The position numbers were made by a program, and so were the translations under genes. Source: Candidatus Freyarchaeum deiterrae (GTDB lineage Archaea; Asgardarchaeota; Jordiarchaeia; Jordiarchaeales; Jordiarchaeaceae). From it: DNA of 64,000 nt. The notes beneath the pieces were generated by a model. The model saw only the letters and a list, made by a program, of their open reading frames with translations. It did no database searches and was not told where the DNA came from. The DNA is taken from positions 1,408,001 through 1,472,000 of the forward strand of contig CP147778.1 of NCBI GenBank assembly GCA_037305845.1. The letters are read 5' to 3'. Numbering within the stretch: the first letter of the stretch is position 1; each line of letters opens with the position of its first letter. Of the stretch, positions 1 to 10,096 are shown one piece after another.

Positions 1-1879
1 TCATGCTCCTTTTGACTGGGCGGCTATCGCTGATTTGCGTAGGCATCCTGAGATTTTAGAGGAGTATGGTATTGATCCGCATGTGGTGGAGGAGTTGGAG
101 CCTGTTTCTTTGATTGAGACTGAGGGTTTGGGTGAGCATCCTGCGGTAGAGCTTGTTGAGGCGGCGGGTATTAGTGATCAGAATGATGAGCGGTTAGAGG
201 AGATAACTAAGGAGGTTTATCGGAAGGAGTTTCATAAGGGTGTTCTTAGGGAGGTTACTGGTAAGTATGCGGGGCGTGGTGTTAGTGAGGTTAAGAAGGA
301 GTTGATTGCGGATTTTGTGGATGAGGGTAAGGCGAGTAGTTTGTGGGAGACTGCGGAACCCGTGATTTGTCGTTGCAATACGCGTACTATTGTTAAGATT
401 TTGGAGAATCAGTGGTTTTTGAAGTATAGTGATACGGAGTGGAAGGCGAGGGTTAGGGAGCTTATGGGGCGTATGGTTATTGTTCCGGATGAGGCGAGGA
501 GTGCTTTTGAGTATACTGTGGATTGGTTGGAGGATAAGGCGTGTGTGAGGAAGAGTGGATTAGGTACTAGGCTTCCTTGGGATCCGGAGTGGATTGTGGA
601 GACTCTGTCGGATTCTACGATTTACATGGCTTTCTACACGATTGCTAATTACATTTATGGTTTGGGGGTTCCTGCTGAGAAGTTGATTCGTGAGGTTTTT
701 GATTATGTTTTGTTGGGTAAGGGTGTTGTGGATGAGGTTGCGGGTAAGAGTGGTTTGGATGAGGAGCTTTTGGAGAGTATGCGGGATGAGTTTGAGTACT
801 GGTATCCTGTGGCTCTCAGGAATTCGGCTAAGGAGCTGATTTTTAATCACTTGACATTTTTCTTGTTTCAGCATGTGGCTATTTGGCCTGAGGATAAGTG
901 GCCTCTGATGGTGGGGGCTAATGGTATGATTCAGATTGAGGGGCAGAAGATGAGTAAGTCTCGGGGGATTTTTATTACTATGAAGGAGGCTTTGGATCAG
1001 TATAATGCGGATCCCACTCGTGTGGAGTTGGCTTATTCTGCGGAGGGGCTTACTGATCCGGATTGGAGGGTTCAGGAGGTTGTGAGTCTTCGTAGGAGGC
1101 TGGAGATGTTTTATGATTTTGCTACCGAGCTTCCTGAGACGAAGGCTTTGGACCGGGATATTGACCGCTGGCTTTCGAGTAAGCTTAATAGACGTATTAA
1201 AGCGGCTACTGATTACTTTGAGGTTATGAGGAATCGCTCCGCTCTTCAGGAGTGCTTTTTCGATTTGTGGAATGATATTCGCTGGTATATGAAGCGGACT
1301 GATGAGTATTCCGATGTTTTGAGGTTCACTTTGGAGGCTATGACTCTGATGCTTGCTCCTGTGGCGCCTCACATCTGTGAGGAAATCTGGGAGAAAACAG
1401 GTCATAAAAAATTCATTGTTCAGGCATCTTGGCCGGTTTATGATGAGAAGTGTTGCGATGAAGAGTTGGAGATTGAGGAGAATCTTATCGGTAGCATCAT
1501 TGGGGATGTTAAGGAGATTCTCAAGGTAACTAGAATTGAGAAGCCGTCCAAGATTGTTCTTTTCATGGCTCCGAGTTGGAAGTATAGGATTCTGGAGGAG
1601 TCGATTAAGAGCAGGGAAGATTTGATTAAGAGGGTTATGATGGATTCTGAGGTTAAGAAGCAGGGCAAGTCGGCAGCGGATTATGCGCAAAAACTGCTTA
1701 AGAATCCTCGTTACCAGTTGATGGCTCCGGAAAAGGAGTATCAGACTCTCGTAGAGGCAAAAGATTTTCTTGCCAAAGAGCTTGGAGCGAATATTGAGAT
1801 CCTGAAGGCTGAAGAGTCAAAGCATGAGAAGGCCAAAGTCGCAGAGCCTATGAAGCCAGGGGTTCTTATAGAAACATAA
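1..1879 (+). CDS. leuS: Leucyl-tRNA synthetase, 5'-truncated by window edge
   Basis: Frame open from base 2 (HAPFDW editing-domain motif); contains WLEDKACVR, ETLSDSTIY, KELIFNHL, KMSKS and the archaeal C-terminal AEPMKPGVLIE. Confidence 0.95.
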   Translation, partial: HAPFDWAAIADLRRHPEILEEYGIDPHVVEELEPVSLIETEGLGEHPAVELVEAAGISDQNDERLEEITKEVYRKEFHKGVLREVTGKYAGRGVSEVKKELIADFVDEGKASSLWETAEPVICRCNTRTIVKILENQWFLKYSDTEWKARVRELMGRMVIVPDEARSAFEYTVDWLEDKACVRKSGLGTRLPWDPEWIVETLSDSTIYMAFYTIANYIYGLGVPAEKLIREVFDYVLLGKGVVDEVAGKSGLDEELLESMRDEFEYWYPVALRNSAKELIFNHLTFFLFQHVAIWPEDKWPLMVGANGMIQIEGQKMSKSRGIFITMKEALDQYNADPTRVELAYSAEGLTDPDWRVQEVVSLRRRLEMFYDFATELPETKALDRDIDRWLSSKLNRRIKAATDYFEVMRNRSALQECFFDLWNDIRWYMKRTDEYSDVLRFTLEAMTLMLAPVAPHICEEIWEKTGHKKFIVQASWPVYDEKCCDEELEIEENLIGSIIGDVKEILKVTRIEKPSKIVLFMAPSWKYRILEESIKSREDLIKRVMMDSEVKKQGKSAADYAQKLLKNPRYQLMAPEKEYQTLVEAKDFLAKELGANIEILKAEESKHEKAKVAEPMKPGVLIET

Positions 1880-1980
1880 CAAAATCTTTCTTTATTGGAT
1901 TTTATCCGGAAAAATTGAAGCCCATGCAACCTTTTTTATTATTTTGGAAATGTACAAAAAGGTACTGAAAAAATGAGGAG

Positions 1981-3546
1981 TTATTTTTTTGGCCAGGTTA
2001 CTGTTTGGGGGACTTCGGGGAGTTTGTCGCCTATGTACTTTTTGATTTTTTTTGGCCAGTCGTCATAGTTGAATCCGTGGCGAATTAGGTTGACGTATGC
2101 GAATCTTGATGGTCCTATGCCTACGCAGCCAGTGTAGACTGTTTTTCGGGTTTTGTCTCGGAAGTGGAATCTTTTTGCGTAGAAGTCGGTGTGTACGTGG
2201 AAGCTGGCGATTTCTAGTTCGGCTTCGGGTCGGCTTTTGGTTTCGAAGGGTAGTATTACTGTGAGGTCGTAGGTTTTAACGAATTCTTCTTTTTCCTTTT
2301 TTTCTTCTGTAATTCCGGCGTGTTCTAGGTATACAGCGGTGGTTGCGTCTACTCGGTATTCAAGGTCTAGGTCTTTGTCTACAATGATTTTTGCTTTTTC
2401 GAGTATTTGGTCTCTGATTTCTATGGTTTTTTCGGGTGGTGCCATGTAGACGAATTCTATTCTGTGGAATTCGTTTAGGCGTTCTAGTCCTTTTAGTCCT
2501 CCTCCCTCCCATCGCCAAGTGGGTCCGTTTTTGTCATATAGCTTTATAGGGTTTTTTCCCAGTTCCTCTACGTCTACTATTTCTTGGGAGAATAGTTCAT
2601 AGAAGGGTTCACATTGTGCGTAGGCTAGTCCGAACGTTGGGGGGCGGAGTTTTTTCTGTAAGAGTTCTACGGGAGGGGTTCCAGTTATTTCCGCGTAGTC
2701 TAGGATCTCTTCGAATTCTTTGGGGTCTCGGGATATTGGGGGGCAGGCCCATATTATTTCGTTGGCTATTCCGAAATGTCCCTTTCTCATCTCTACGTCG
2801 AGTGGGATTAGTCGAGGTAGAATAACTTCTTTGAAGCCTAGGGGTTTAGCGATTTCTTCGACCACCATGCTTTCCACGGCTCGAATGAGTGCTGCGTAGG
2901 GGGGCATTATCTGCCAGATGCCCGCTCCTAGGAATTCTTTAACCCACCCTAGTTTGATCGCTGTTTCGGTTGGATCCTCTCGGAACTTGTATTTTTGTAG
3001 GCCTTTATTGCTCCTTTCCACTGTGCGGGTGAATTCAGCCTTTCCCGTGATGTGTTGAGCAGCAATTTTTTCTTCGAGTCGCCGCAGTAGACGGTCGGGG
3101 TAGTTTCTTTTGAGCTCACTTTCGTCCATTTCCACCATAGTAATGTAAGCCTTTTTGTCTTCGATTTTTAATTGCTTGGTGAAGGGCAGTGTTAAGGGCT
3201 CTAAGGGTTCTTTTTCGAGCTCGGCTTCAATCTGGTACTCTGTAGCAACCGTTTTTCGAACACCAACATGGTATTTCTCTCCTAAGAGCTCGGATAGGGA
3301 GTTTGATAGTCTGAGTACCGCGGCGTGTGCTCTCACATACCTGCCGCTGATTATTTGCAGTTCTACTTTATTACCCTTCAGAGTCCATCTTGTTACTTCT
3401 GCTCCCTCGGACTCCTTCCCTTTGGGGGCTCCTTTTTTGAGCACTTTTTCGTTAGCGTCATCAAAAAAGGCCTTTAATTCATTTTGAGCTTCTTTGGGTA
3501 GATTATCGCTAAGTTCAAGGTAACCATTCAATTTTAAAAGCAACAT
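1981..3546 (-). CDS. serS: Seryl-tRNA synthetase, rare methanogen-type (zinc-dependent)
   Basis: N-terminal SGRYVRAH domain; AQCEPF, WRWEGGG..GLERLNEFHRIE and TGCVGIG motifs; GAGGTGAGG SD before ATG 3546. Confidence 0.9.
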   Translation of the reverse strand: MLLLKLNGYLELSDNLPKEAQNELKAFFDDANEKVLKKGAPKGKESEGAEVTRWTLKGNKVELQIISGRYVRAHAAVLRLSNSLSELLGEKYHVGVRKTVATEYQIEAELEKEPLEPLTLPFTKQLKIEDKKAYITMVEMDESELKRNYPDRLLRRLEEKIAAQHITGKAEFTRTVERSNKGLQKYKFREDPTETAIKLGWVKEFLGAGIWQIMPPYAALIRAVESMVVEEIAKPLGFKEVILPRLIPLDVEMRKGHFGIANEIIWACPPISRDPKEFEEILDYAEITGTPPVELLQKKLRPPTFGLAYAQCEPFYELFSQEIVDVEELGKNPIKLYDKNGPTWRWEGGGLKGLERLNEFHRIEFVYMAPPEKTIEIRDQILEKAKIIVDKDLDLEYRVDATTAVYLEHAGITEEKKEKEEFVKTYDLTVILPFETKSRPEAELEIASFHVHTDFYAKRFHFRDKTRKTVYTGCVGIGPSRFAYVNLIRHGFNYDDWPKKIKKYIGDKLPEVPQTVTWPKK

Positions 3547-3733
3547 CCTCACCTCTTGAGTAGAAAAAAATCTGAATTTACCCCAGCAAGAGAAAACATA
3601 GATTGATTGGTGCTTCAATGATTGTTAATTATGTATTGCTGAAATCTCCTTTTTAGAGGGATTACAGTGTACCCACTTGAAAAGGCAGTGTATAAAAACG
3701 TTTTGGAAAGGAAGGCTTTTTCGTTGTTTGAAT

Positions 3734-4165
3734 TTAGGGAACTTCAGCAGTCGGTGTCATGATGGTGTACTTTACTAGTTTAACACCCTTGAGGGCAAGG
3801 AGTTCATTGTTTAGTTTTTCAACATCCTTTACGTTTCCTCTTACTGCCAGAACTATCATACATTCCCTCTCATCTAGGTGAACATGCATCGAAGACGCGA
3901 CGAGGTTAATGTTTTTATGCTCTAGTTCGGTGATTTCATCCATTATTCCTGTGACTTCATGGTCCAGTATAATGGTTATGGAGCCCGCCATTGAGCCCGC
4001 ACTGTTATGCATCCAAGTGTAGTTTACTATGAAGTCTCGCATCGCCTTGCGTATTGCGTCTGACCTGCCTTGTATTCCAAGTATCTCAGTCACCTTATCA
4101 AAGTCTTTGAGCAAGTCTTCCGGAAGAGAGACACTGAAACGAATAACTTTTTCCGTTTCTGTCAA
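3734..4165 (-). CDS. nikR: NikR-family nickel-responsive regulator
   Basis: RHH N-terminus (RFSVSLP..RSDAIRKAMR), SMHVHLDERECM metal site. Confidence 0.9.
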   Translation of the reverse strand: MTETEKVIRFSVSLPEDLLKDFDKVTEILGIQGRSDAIRKAMRDFIVNYTWMHNSAGSMAGSITIILDHEVTGIMDEITELEHKNINLVASSMHVHLDERECMIVLAVRGNVKDVEKLNNELLALKGVKLVKYTIMTPTAEVP

Positions 4166-4187
4166 GGTTTCGACCGCCGATGATTTT

Positions 4188-5948
4188 TTAGGAAAGCAAG
4201 TTGAGGATGGTTAGAGCATAGATTTTGGCTGCTGTGAGCAACTCATCTACAGATATACTCTCGTTAGCGGCGTGAGCTTCCTTAGAATCTCCCGGCCCAA
4301 AAACTGCTGTGGGAATGCCGCGTAGAATGCATTGTTTGGCCACTGTAGCGCCTCCTATTCCGATAAGCTTCGGTGAGCTTCCTATTACTTCCTGAACTAC
4401 ATTTGCAAGTACCCTAACAACGGGGTCTTCAGGGGATACTTCTGTGGGAGGGTCTGAAGCTATAGGTTCTATGGTGACCTCCAATTCTGGATTCTCCCTC
4501 TTGACGCTCTTCACTAACTCACGCAGTTCGTTCACTATCTGTTTAGGTTCTTGGGAAGGTAAATATCTAATGTCCACTTTGGCTTCAGCGGAAGCTGGAA
4601 TCATATTAGTGGCTATTCCGCCCTGAATGGTTCCCACATTTATGGTTGGAGTATTAAATAATGGATGTTCAACATATTCCATTTTTAGATTTTCTATTCG
4701 GGCTAAAACTTTTGAAAGATTCACAATCGCGTTAGCACCCTTTTCAGGCATACTACCGTGACCCTGCGTACCCGTGCTCCTCAACTTAACCCATAATCGT
4801 CCTTTCTCCGCTATCTCGATTGATTTACTCTTGGTCTGTTCAGCCACCAGAGCATAGTCGGCAGTCAGCCCCCTCTCGTTTAATAGGTATTTTATGCCAA
4901 GCTCATTTCCAGTTTCCTCATCCGCCACAGCAACAAACATTAGACGCCCTCTGATAGGGAAATTAAACTCCTTAAGTGCCTGGAGGGCGAGAAGAACAGA
5001 GGCTGCAGGACCCTTATCATCCACCGAACCCCTACCGGCTATTCTACCATCAGTAGGAGTTGCCTTAAAGGGGTCATATATCCATCCATCTCCCGGTGGT
5101 ACTACATCAAGATGAGTTATAATCATTAAAGCGGGTGAAGCTCCCTTATCAATCCAACCCACCACATTGGTTCTACCACTCTCCTTCTCATAAGTCTCAG
5201 TGTGCAACCCAATCCTGTACAGTTCTCCCTGAACAACATCCGCGGCAAGCTTCTCGTTACCCGGTGGGTTAACAGAATGAGCAGTAATCAAATCCCCAAG
5301 AAGGTGTAAAAGATATTCCCTACGCTGATCAATGAATCCTAAGACCTTGCTTTTAACCTCGGGAACCACCACGCCCTTCGTTACTGAGGAGGGTTTCTCT
5401 TCAATACCCAACAAACGTCGAGCGATGCTTTGAAATGCCATGCTCACCTTATCGCCGGTCTTAGCACTAGTTTCTATATAGGGAGCTCCTAAACTTCTTG
5501 CAAACCTCTCAGCCTCTTGCTGAGAAACTACACGCGCACTGGCAAGATCATTCTTGTTTCCGATTATAACAATCGGCACCTCGCCGCAAACATTAAACAA
5601 GTCCTTCTGCCAAGCAGAAACATTCTTAAAAGACTTTGTGTCGGTGAGGTCAAAAACAATTATACCACCCTTAGAACCTTGATAAAAAAAGGATCTAAGA
5701 TGAGAAAATGAAGGCTGCCCACCAAGATCCCAGACCTGCAAAGTCACAATGGAATCTGCCACATTCATAGTATGAGCAGCGAACGAGGTTCCCAAGGTCA
5801 TCTTGTAATCTTCGGAGAACCTGTTTTCGGTCAATCTCACTATTAGGCTTGTCTTACCCACACCGCCATCTCCAACTACTACGACTTTGAATGCGTATTC
5901 TTCTTGTTTGGAGCTCATGTCCAGTCCACCCCTTTTTTCTTTTGCCAT
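4188..5948 (-). CDS. Fusion of Rab-like small GTPase (N-term) and M20 metallopeptidase/deacylase (ArgE/DapE-like, C-term)
   Basis: G1 GDGGVGKTS, G2 YKMTLG, G3 WDLGGQ, G4 NKND, G5 ETSAK; then HLDVV, GRGSVDDKG, DEE, GHGS, AHAANE. Confidence 0.9.
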   Translation of the reverse strand: MAKEKRGGLDMSSKQEEYAFKVVVVGDGGVGKTSLIVRLTENRFSEDYKMTLGTSFAAHTMNVADSIVTLQVWDLGGQPSFSHLRSFFYQGSKGGIIVFDLTDTKSFKNVSAWQKDLFNVCGEVPIVIIGNKNDLASARVVSQQEAERFARSLGAPYIETSAKTGDKVSMAFQSIARRLLGIEEKPSSVTKGVVVPEVKSKVLGFIDQRREYLLHLLGDLITAHSVNPPGNEKLAADVVQGELYRIGLHTETYEKESGRTNVVGWIDKGASPALMIITHLDVVPPGDGWIYDPFKATPTDGRIAGRGSVDDKGPAASVLLALQALKEFNFPIRGRLMFVAVADEETGNELGIKYLLNERGLTADYALVAEQTKSKSIEIAEKGRLWVKLRSTGTQGHGSMPEKGANAIVNLSKVLARIENLKMEYVEHPLFNTPTINVGTIQGGIATNMIPASAEAKVDIRYLPSQEPKQIVNELRELVKSVKRENPELEVTIEPIASDPPTEVSPEDPVVRVLANVVQEVIGSSPKLIGIGGATVAKQCILRGIPTAVFGPGDSKEAHAANESISVDELLTAAKIYALTILNLLS

Positions 5949-6291
5949 TTTTTTCTGGTCTGTGATTATTTAATTATTTTTTTGGGTATATATTGTTTTA
6001 GTTTTTTTAACGTATATTTTTAGCGGTTACTTGATTTTAATATCAAATCTTAATTTTAGTAAAGTTAGATATCCGAGCTAAAAGTCATTTATAGCGTGTT
6101 TTTGTCGTTGTTGTGGTTGGGAAAGGTCGTGCGGTTGCAATAACCCTTCTCTCATAGTGCTCTAAACTGGGAGTTTTTATGGATTATAAGCTTGTTGAGG
6201 ATATAACTAAAATTTTGTTTTGGGAAGGAAAATGAAAAATTTTTATTAAGTAGGGAGTTTAGAAAGAATTATAGTTTATTTTTTAGAAGAA

Positions 6292-7245
6292 TTGAAGGTG
6301 TTTGATTTGTCAGTTGAGAAGCAGCTTTTGATTTGTGGTGCTGGGCCAGCTGGTTTAAGCGCCGCTATTTATGCTGGTAGGTTTGGTTTGGATACGGTGG
6401 TCTTGGAGGAGAAGGTTTCTGGTGGTCAGGCAGCCATGGCCGCTAATGTTGAGAACTATCCCGGATTTACTAGTATCAGGGGAATGGAGCTGATGGATGT
6501 CATGAGGAAACAGGCTGAGCAGAGCGGTAGTGAGATTCGGGATTTGGTGCCTGTTAAGAAAATTGAGAGAGAAGGAGAGAAATTTAAGATTGTCTCACAG
6601 ACAGATACGTATATAGTGGATGCAGTTATTATTGCAACTGGACGTGAACACACCAAGCTTGGTGTGCCGGGGGAGGAAAGGCTTACTGGTAGGGGTGTTA
6701 GCTACTGTGCGACCTGTGACGGCCCCCTGTTTAAGGGTAAAAGGGTGCTTGTTGTTGGTGGCGGGAACACCGCTTGCTCTGAGGCATTGTATCTGAGTGA
6801 GATTGCGGGTAAGGTGCATATGGCTCACAGGAGGGATGACCTAAGGGCGGAAGCCTATTACAAAAGAGTCTTGCAGGATAGGGAGGTTCATATTCACTGG
6901 AACACTGAAGTAAAGGAGATTGAGGGAGATAAAATTGTAAAGAGGATTCGTCTCTTCAATAATAAAACGGGAGAGGAGATTTTGTTGGATGTCGATGCGG
7001 TGTTTATAGCAGTGGGCTATGAACCTATGAGTGAAATTGCGAGAGAAGCTGGAGTCGAAGTAGACAACGAGGGGTATATAATAGTTGATAGAGAGCAGAA
7101 AACAAACGTAGAGGGAATTTTCGCCGCTGGAGATGTTACGGGTGGTGGTGTCTTTCAGATTGCTAAAGCAGTTGGTGAAGGAACTACGGCGGCAATAAAC
7201 GCCTACCTGTATATCAGAGGCGGTTGGTATGCTACCAAAGAATGA
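6292..7245 (+). CDS. trxB: Thioredoxin-disulfide reductase
   Basis: GAGPAG, GVSYCATCDG, GGGNTA, HRR, FAAGD. Confidence 0.93.
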   Translation: MKVFDLSVEKQLLICGAGPAGLSAAIYAGRFGLDTVVLEEKVSGGQAAMAANVENYPGFTSIRGMELMDVMRKQAEQSGSEIRDLVPVKKIEREGEKFKIVSQTDTYIVDAVIIATGREHTKLGVPGEERLTGRGVSYCATCDGPLFKGKRVLVVGGGNTACSEALYLSEIAGKVHMAHRRDDLRAEAYYKRVLQDREVHIHWNTEVKEIEGDKIVKRIRLFNNKTGEEILLDVDAVFIAVGYEPMSEIAREAGVEVDNEGYIIVDREQKTNVEGIFAAGDVTGGGVFQIAKAVGEGTTAAINAYLYIRGGWYATKE

Positions 7246-7448
7246 AGCGTTTTTATAACAGAATGAGTGGGTTCAATCCTTTTTCACATGTTCTGCGAGT
7301 TCTATATTTTTCTAAGTTCAACGGTAGTAAAAAGTTACTTATGGTAGGATTGGATAAAATTCTCAAAAATTAGGCCTTCGTGATAACTGAACAGTCCAGC
7401 GCTTTTAGCTGAGATTTTATAGGGAGGATGTAAGTTAATTTGAAAGAT

Positions 7449-8396
7449 TTATTTTTGGTCCCAGTAGGGTTGTCGAATGTATTTGTACGCATTGAGGGCA
7501 GCTTTGATTCCTTCTCCTATTGAGGTTGAGATTCTCATAGCTCCACCCGCTACGTCCCCAGCTGCGAAAATTCCTTCTACACTTGCTTTTTGGTCACAGT
7601 CGACTTTAATTGTGCCATTTTGGTCGATTTCTAGGTGCAGGTCTTTTAGAATTTCGCTACCGGGTATCGTGCCGAAGCAAAAGATAACTTGGTCCGCTCT
7701 CATTTCATTTTTGTTTTTGGTTTTGTTGTTTTGAAGTGTGACTTTTGTTACCAGGTTGTTTCCTTGGATCTTTGTTATTTCAGAGTTATAGATTATGTTT
7801 ACTCTACTTTTGCTTAGTTGTTCTACAAGTACCTCGTCTGCTCTGAAGGATTCACGTCTGTGCACGAGGTGGATCTCTTTTGCTATGTCTTTCAACGTCA
7901 GGGCGGTTTCTATAGCAGTTTCTCCTCCGCCTACCACGATCACTATTTTGTCCTTCATGCCGGAAGGATTTGCAAGCTCGTAACTCACGCCCTTATTTTT
8001 AAATTCCGTCTCTCCCTCAATTCCGCCTACAGAGCTTTTAGAGTGGGAACCGGTGGCAATTATGACCGCTTTCGCTTTGTAGGTTTCTCCATCCTCTGTT
8101 TCAATCAATTTATCACTGTTTTCAATCGAAACTTTGGAAACTCTAGAATTGCATTTGATTTCTGCTCCAAATTTTTCCGCTTGACGGAGCAGGGCTTCTC
8201 CAACTTCTTTTCCCTTCACTCCCTCAGGGAACCCGATGAAGTCGTCTACGATTTTGGTTCCATATACGTTTGCTGGTTTACCGCCAACTCTATTAGCCGC
8301 TTCTAGGACGAGAGTTTTTAGTTTTCTCCTTGCGGCAAAGGCTGCAGCTGAAAGCCCCGCTGGTCCAGCTCCGACTATTACTACATCATATTGCAA
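7449..8396 (-). CDS. TrxR-fold FAD/NAD(P)H oxidoreductase lacking CxxC (ferredoxin-NADP reductase-like)
   Basis: GAGPAG, GGGETA, HRRESFRA, FAAGD present; GVSYELANP replaces GVSYCATCD. Confidence 0.85.
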   Translation of the reverse strand: MQYDVVIVGAGPAGLSAAAFAARRKLKTLVLEAANRVGGKPANVYGTKIVDDFIGFPEGVKGKEVGEALLRQAEKFGAEIKCNSRVSKVSIENSDKLIETEDGETYKAKAVIIATGSHSKSSVGGIEGETEFKNKGVSYELANPSGMKDKIVIVVGGGETAIETALTLKDIAKEIHLVHRRESFRADEVLVEQLSKSRVNIIYNSEITKIQGNNLVTKVTLQNNKTKNKNEMRADQVIFCFGTIPGSEILKDLHLEIDQNGTIKVDCDQKASVEGIFAAGDVAGGAMRISTSIGEGIKAALNAYKYIRQPYWDQK

Positions 8397-8510
8397 GAGT
8401 TAACCTCTCCAAAATTATAAAAGTTGTATGAAATAGAGAATAAGAATAATAAAAGATTAACCCTATAAATTGTATAAATTGACTTACTAAACTTTTAGAG
8501 TTGTTTAAAG

Positions 8511-8918
8511 ATGGTTGCCTTAATCGCTACTGTGGTTATTAAGGATGATGAAGGTAGGGTTCTTTTGGTGAAGGAGAACGGATTATGGGCGGTTCCAGGT
8601 GGGAAGGTGGAGAAAGGTGAAAGGGTGATAGAAGCCGCGGAGAGAGAAATTAGGGAGGAAACAGGATACCAGGTTAATATCACTAGTTTAGCGAGGGTGT
8701 ACGAGTTAAAGAAGGCGGAGGATTACAATCTGTTTTTTGTGTTTAGAGCTAAGATAGTGAAAGGTGTGAGGGAGGGTGATTTAGGGTTTAGATGGTTCAA
8801 TGTGGATGAGATTAAATCATTGAATACCTACCCTGAAACATATATATTACTTAAAGGATTGGAGAAAAAATCCCCAAAATCGGCGGATTATCCCTTTGAG
8901 ATTCATTTTTACTTTTAG
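8511..8918 (+). CDS. NUDIX hydrolase
   Basis: Nudix box [23 protein letters not shown]. Confidence 0.9.
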   Translation: MVALIATVVIKDDEGRVLLVKENGLWAVPGGKVEKGERVIEAAEREIREETGYQVNITSLARVYELKKAEDYNLFFVFRAKIVKGVREGDLGFRWFNVDEIKSLNTYPETYILLKGLEKKSPKSADYPFEIHFYF

Positions 8919-9127
8919 AATTGTTTAAAGAAAAATATTATCATAATTATGATAAGGTTTAGCTCGAATAAGCTGATTTTCTAGATTTACTTTGAGTTAA
9001 GAATAGTTACACACAATTTTTAAATATCATCCAAATAGATAGCCAAATATAGCTAAGTAAACATCGCATTATTTGAAACCTGGAGTCTTTATCTAAAGAA
9101 ATGAATGAAATCTTGGATGGTTGAGCA

Positions 9128-10096
9128 ATGCGCAGAGAGAATGATATACAGGAGCTCATGTCAAAGTTTTTGGAAAAAGATCGCATGGCACTTGCAAAAA
9201 TTATTACAATTGTGGAGAATGAACCTGAGAGATCCAAGGAAATTTTTGATATTTTATATAAGAACACAGGAAAGGCGTACATGGTTGGTATAACTGGATC
9301 TCCAGGCGCCGGAAAAAGCACATTGATTTGCAAGTTGGCACAAGAGATGAGAAATAGGGCGAAGACCGTGGGGATAATTTCTGTCGATCCCTCCAGTCCT
9401 TTCAGTGGAGGGGCTTTTTTAGGTGATAGAGTTAGGATGAGAGAAATTAACTCTGACCCTGAGATATTCATTCGCAGTGTGGCGTCGAGAGGAATGTCTG
9501 GTGGACTCTCCAAAGCCACTTATGATATCGCCACGGTGTTTGACGCTTATGGTAAAGACTACATAATCATAGAAACAGTGGGAGCGGGACAAGCCGAAGT
9601 CGACGTTATTAAAATCGCGGATACGGTAGTTTGCGTGTTTATGCCGGGGGCTGGTGATTCCATACAGGCTCAGAAAGCAGGAATCATGGAAATCGGTGAT
9701 ATAATGGTAGTAAACAAAGCGGATTTGGATGGCGACAAATTGGTGCTCCAACTGGAGATGGCATTAGATTCTTACACTAGGCAAACCGGTTGGCGCCCAC
9801 CAGTACTCAGCACAATAGCTACTGACGGCGTGGGAATCAGCGAGCTGTTAAACGCTATTGAGGAACACAGAAAACACATTGAATTGTCAGGTTTGTTTGA
9901 AGAAAGACGCAGAAACCATATTGAGAAGAAGATAAAAGATATTGTGGAATCAACAGTTCAGGAATACGTATACAAGTATCTCAACGAGGACAAAGAGATT
10001 GAAAAGCTTGTGGATAAAGTTTTCTCGAGAGAGGATAACCTTTACTCAGCGGCTAGCAAGCTTTTAAAACCAGTTATCAAGAAATTTGAGGAGTAG
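9128..10096 (+). CDS. meaB: MeaB/ArgK GTPase (B12-mutase chaperone)
   Basis: GITGSPGAGKST, VDPSSPFSGGAFLGDRVRM, ETVGAGQ, KAGIMEI, NKAD. Confidence 0.92.
   Translation: MRRENDIQELMSKFLEKDRMALAKIITIVENEPERSKEIFDILYKNTGKAYMVGITGSPGAGKSTLICKLAQEMRNRAKTVGIISVDPSSPFSGGAFLGDRVRMREINSDPEIFIRSVASRGMSGGLSKATYDIATVFDAYGKDYIIIETVGAGQAEVDVIKIADTVVCVFMPGAGDSIQAQKAGIMEIGDIMVVNKADLDGDKLVLQLEMALDSYTRQTGWRPPVLSTIATDGVGISELLNAIEEHRKHIELSGLFEERRRNHIEKKIKDIVESTVQEYVYKYLNEDKEIEKLVDKVFSREDNLYSAASKLLKPVIKKFEE

Noticed and set aside
560-1690. 376-aa antisense ORF in leuS, and similar shadow ORFs (e.g. 22033-22626, 30628-31299)
   Set aside because: Antisense to well-supported genes; a by-product of skewed codon usage
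3610-3690. Possible box C/D sRNA (AATGATTG..CTGA..TTGA with short terminal stem)
   Set aside because: Boxes are degenerate and I could not assign a target to either guide
6110-6160. Hairpin upstream of trxB considered as a SECIS or H/ACA RNA
   Set aside because: Lacks the GA quartet or K-turn, and no in-frame UGA selenoprotein candidate is nearby
7268-7282. GGGTTCAATCCT resembling a tRNA T-arm
   Set aside because: No acceptor stem, anticodon arm or CCA around it
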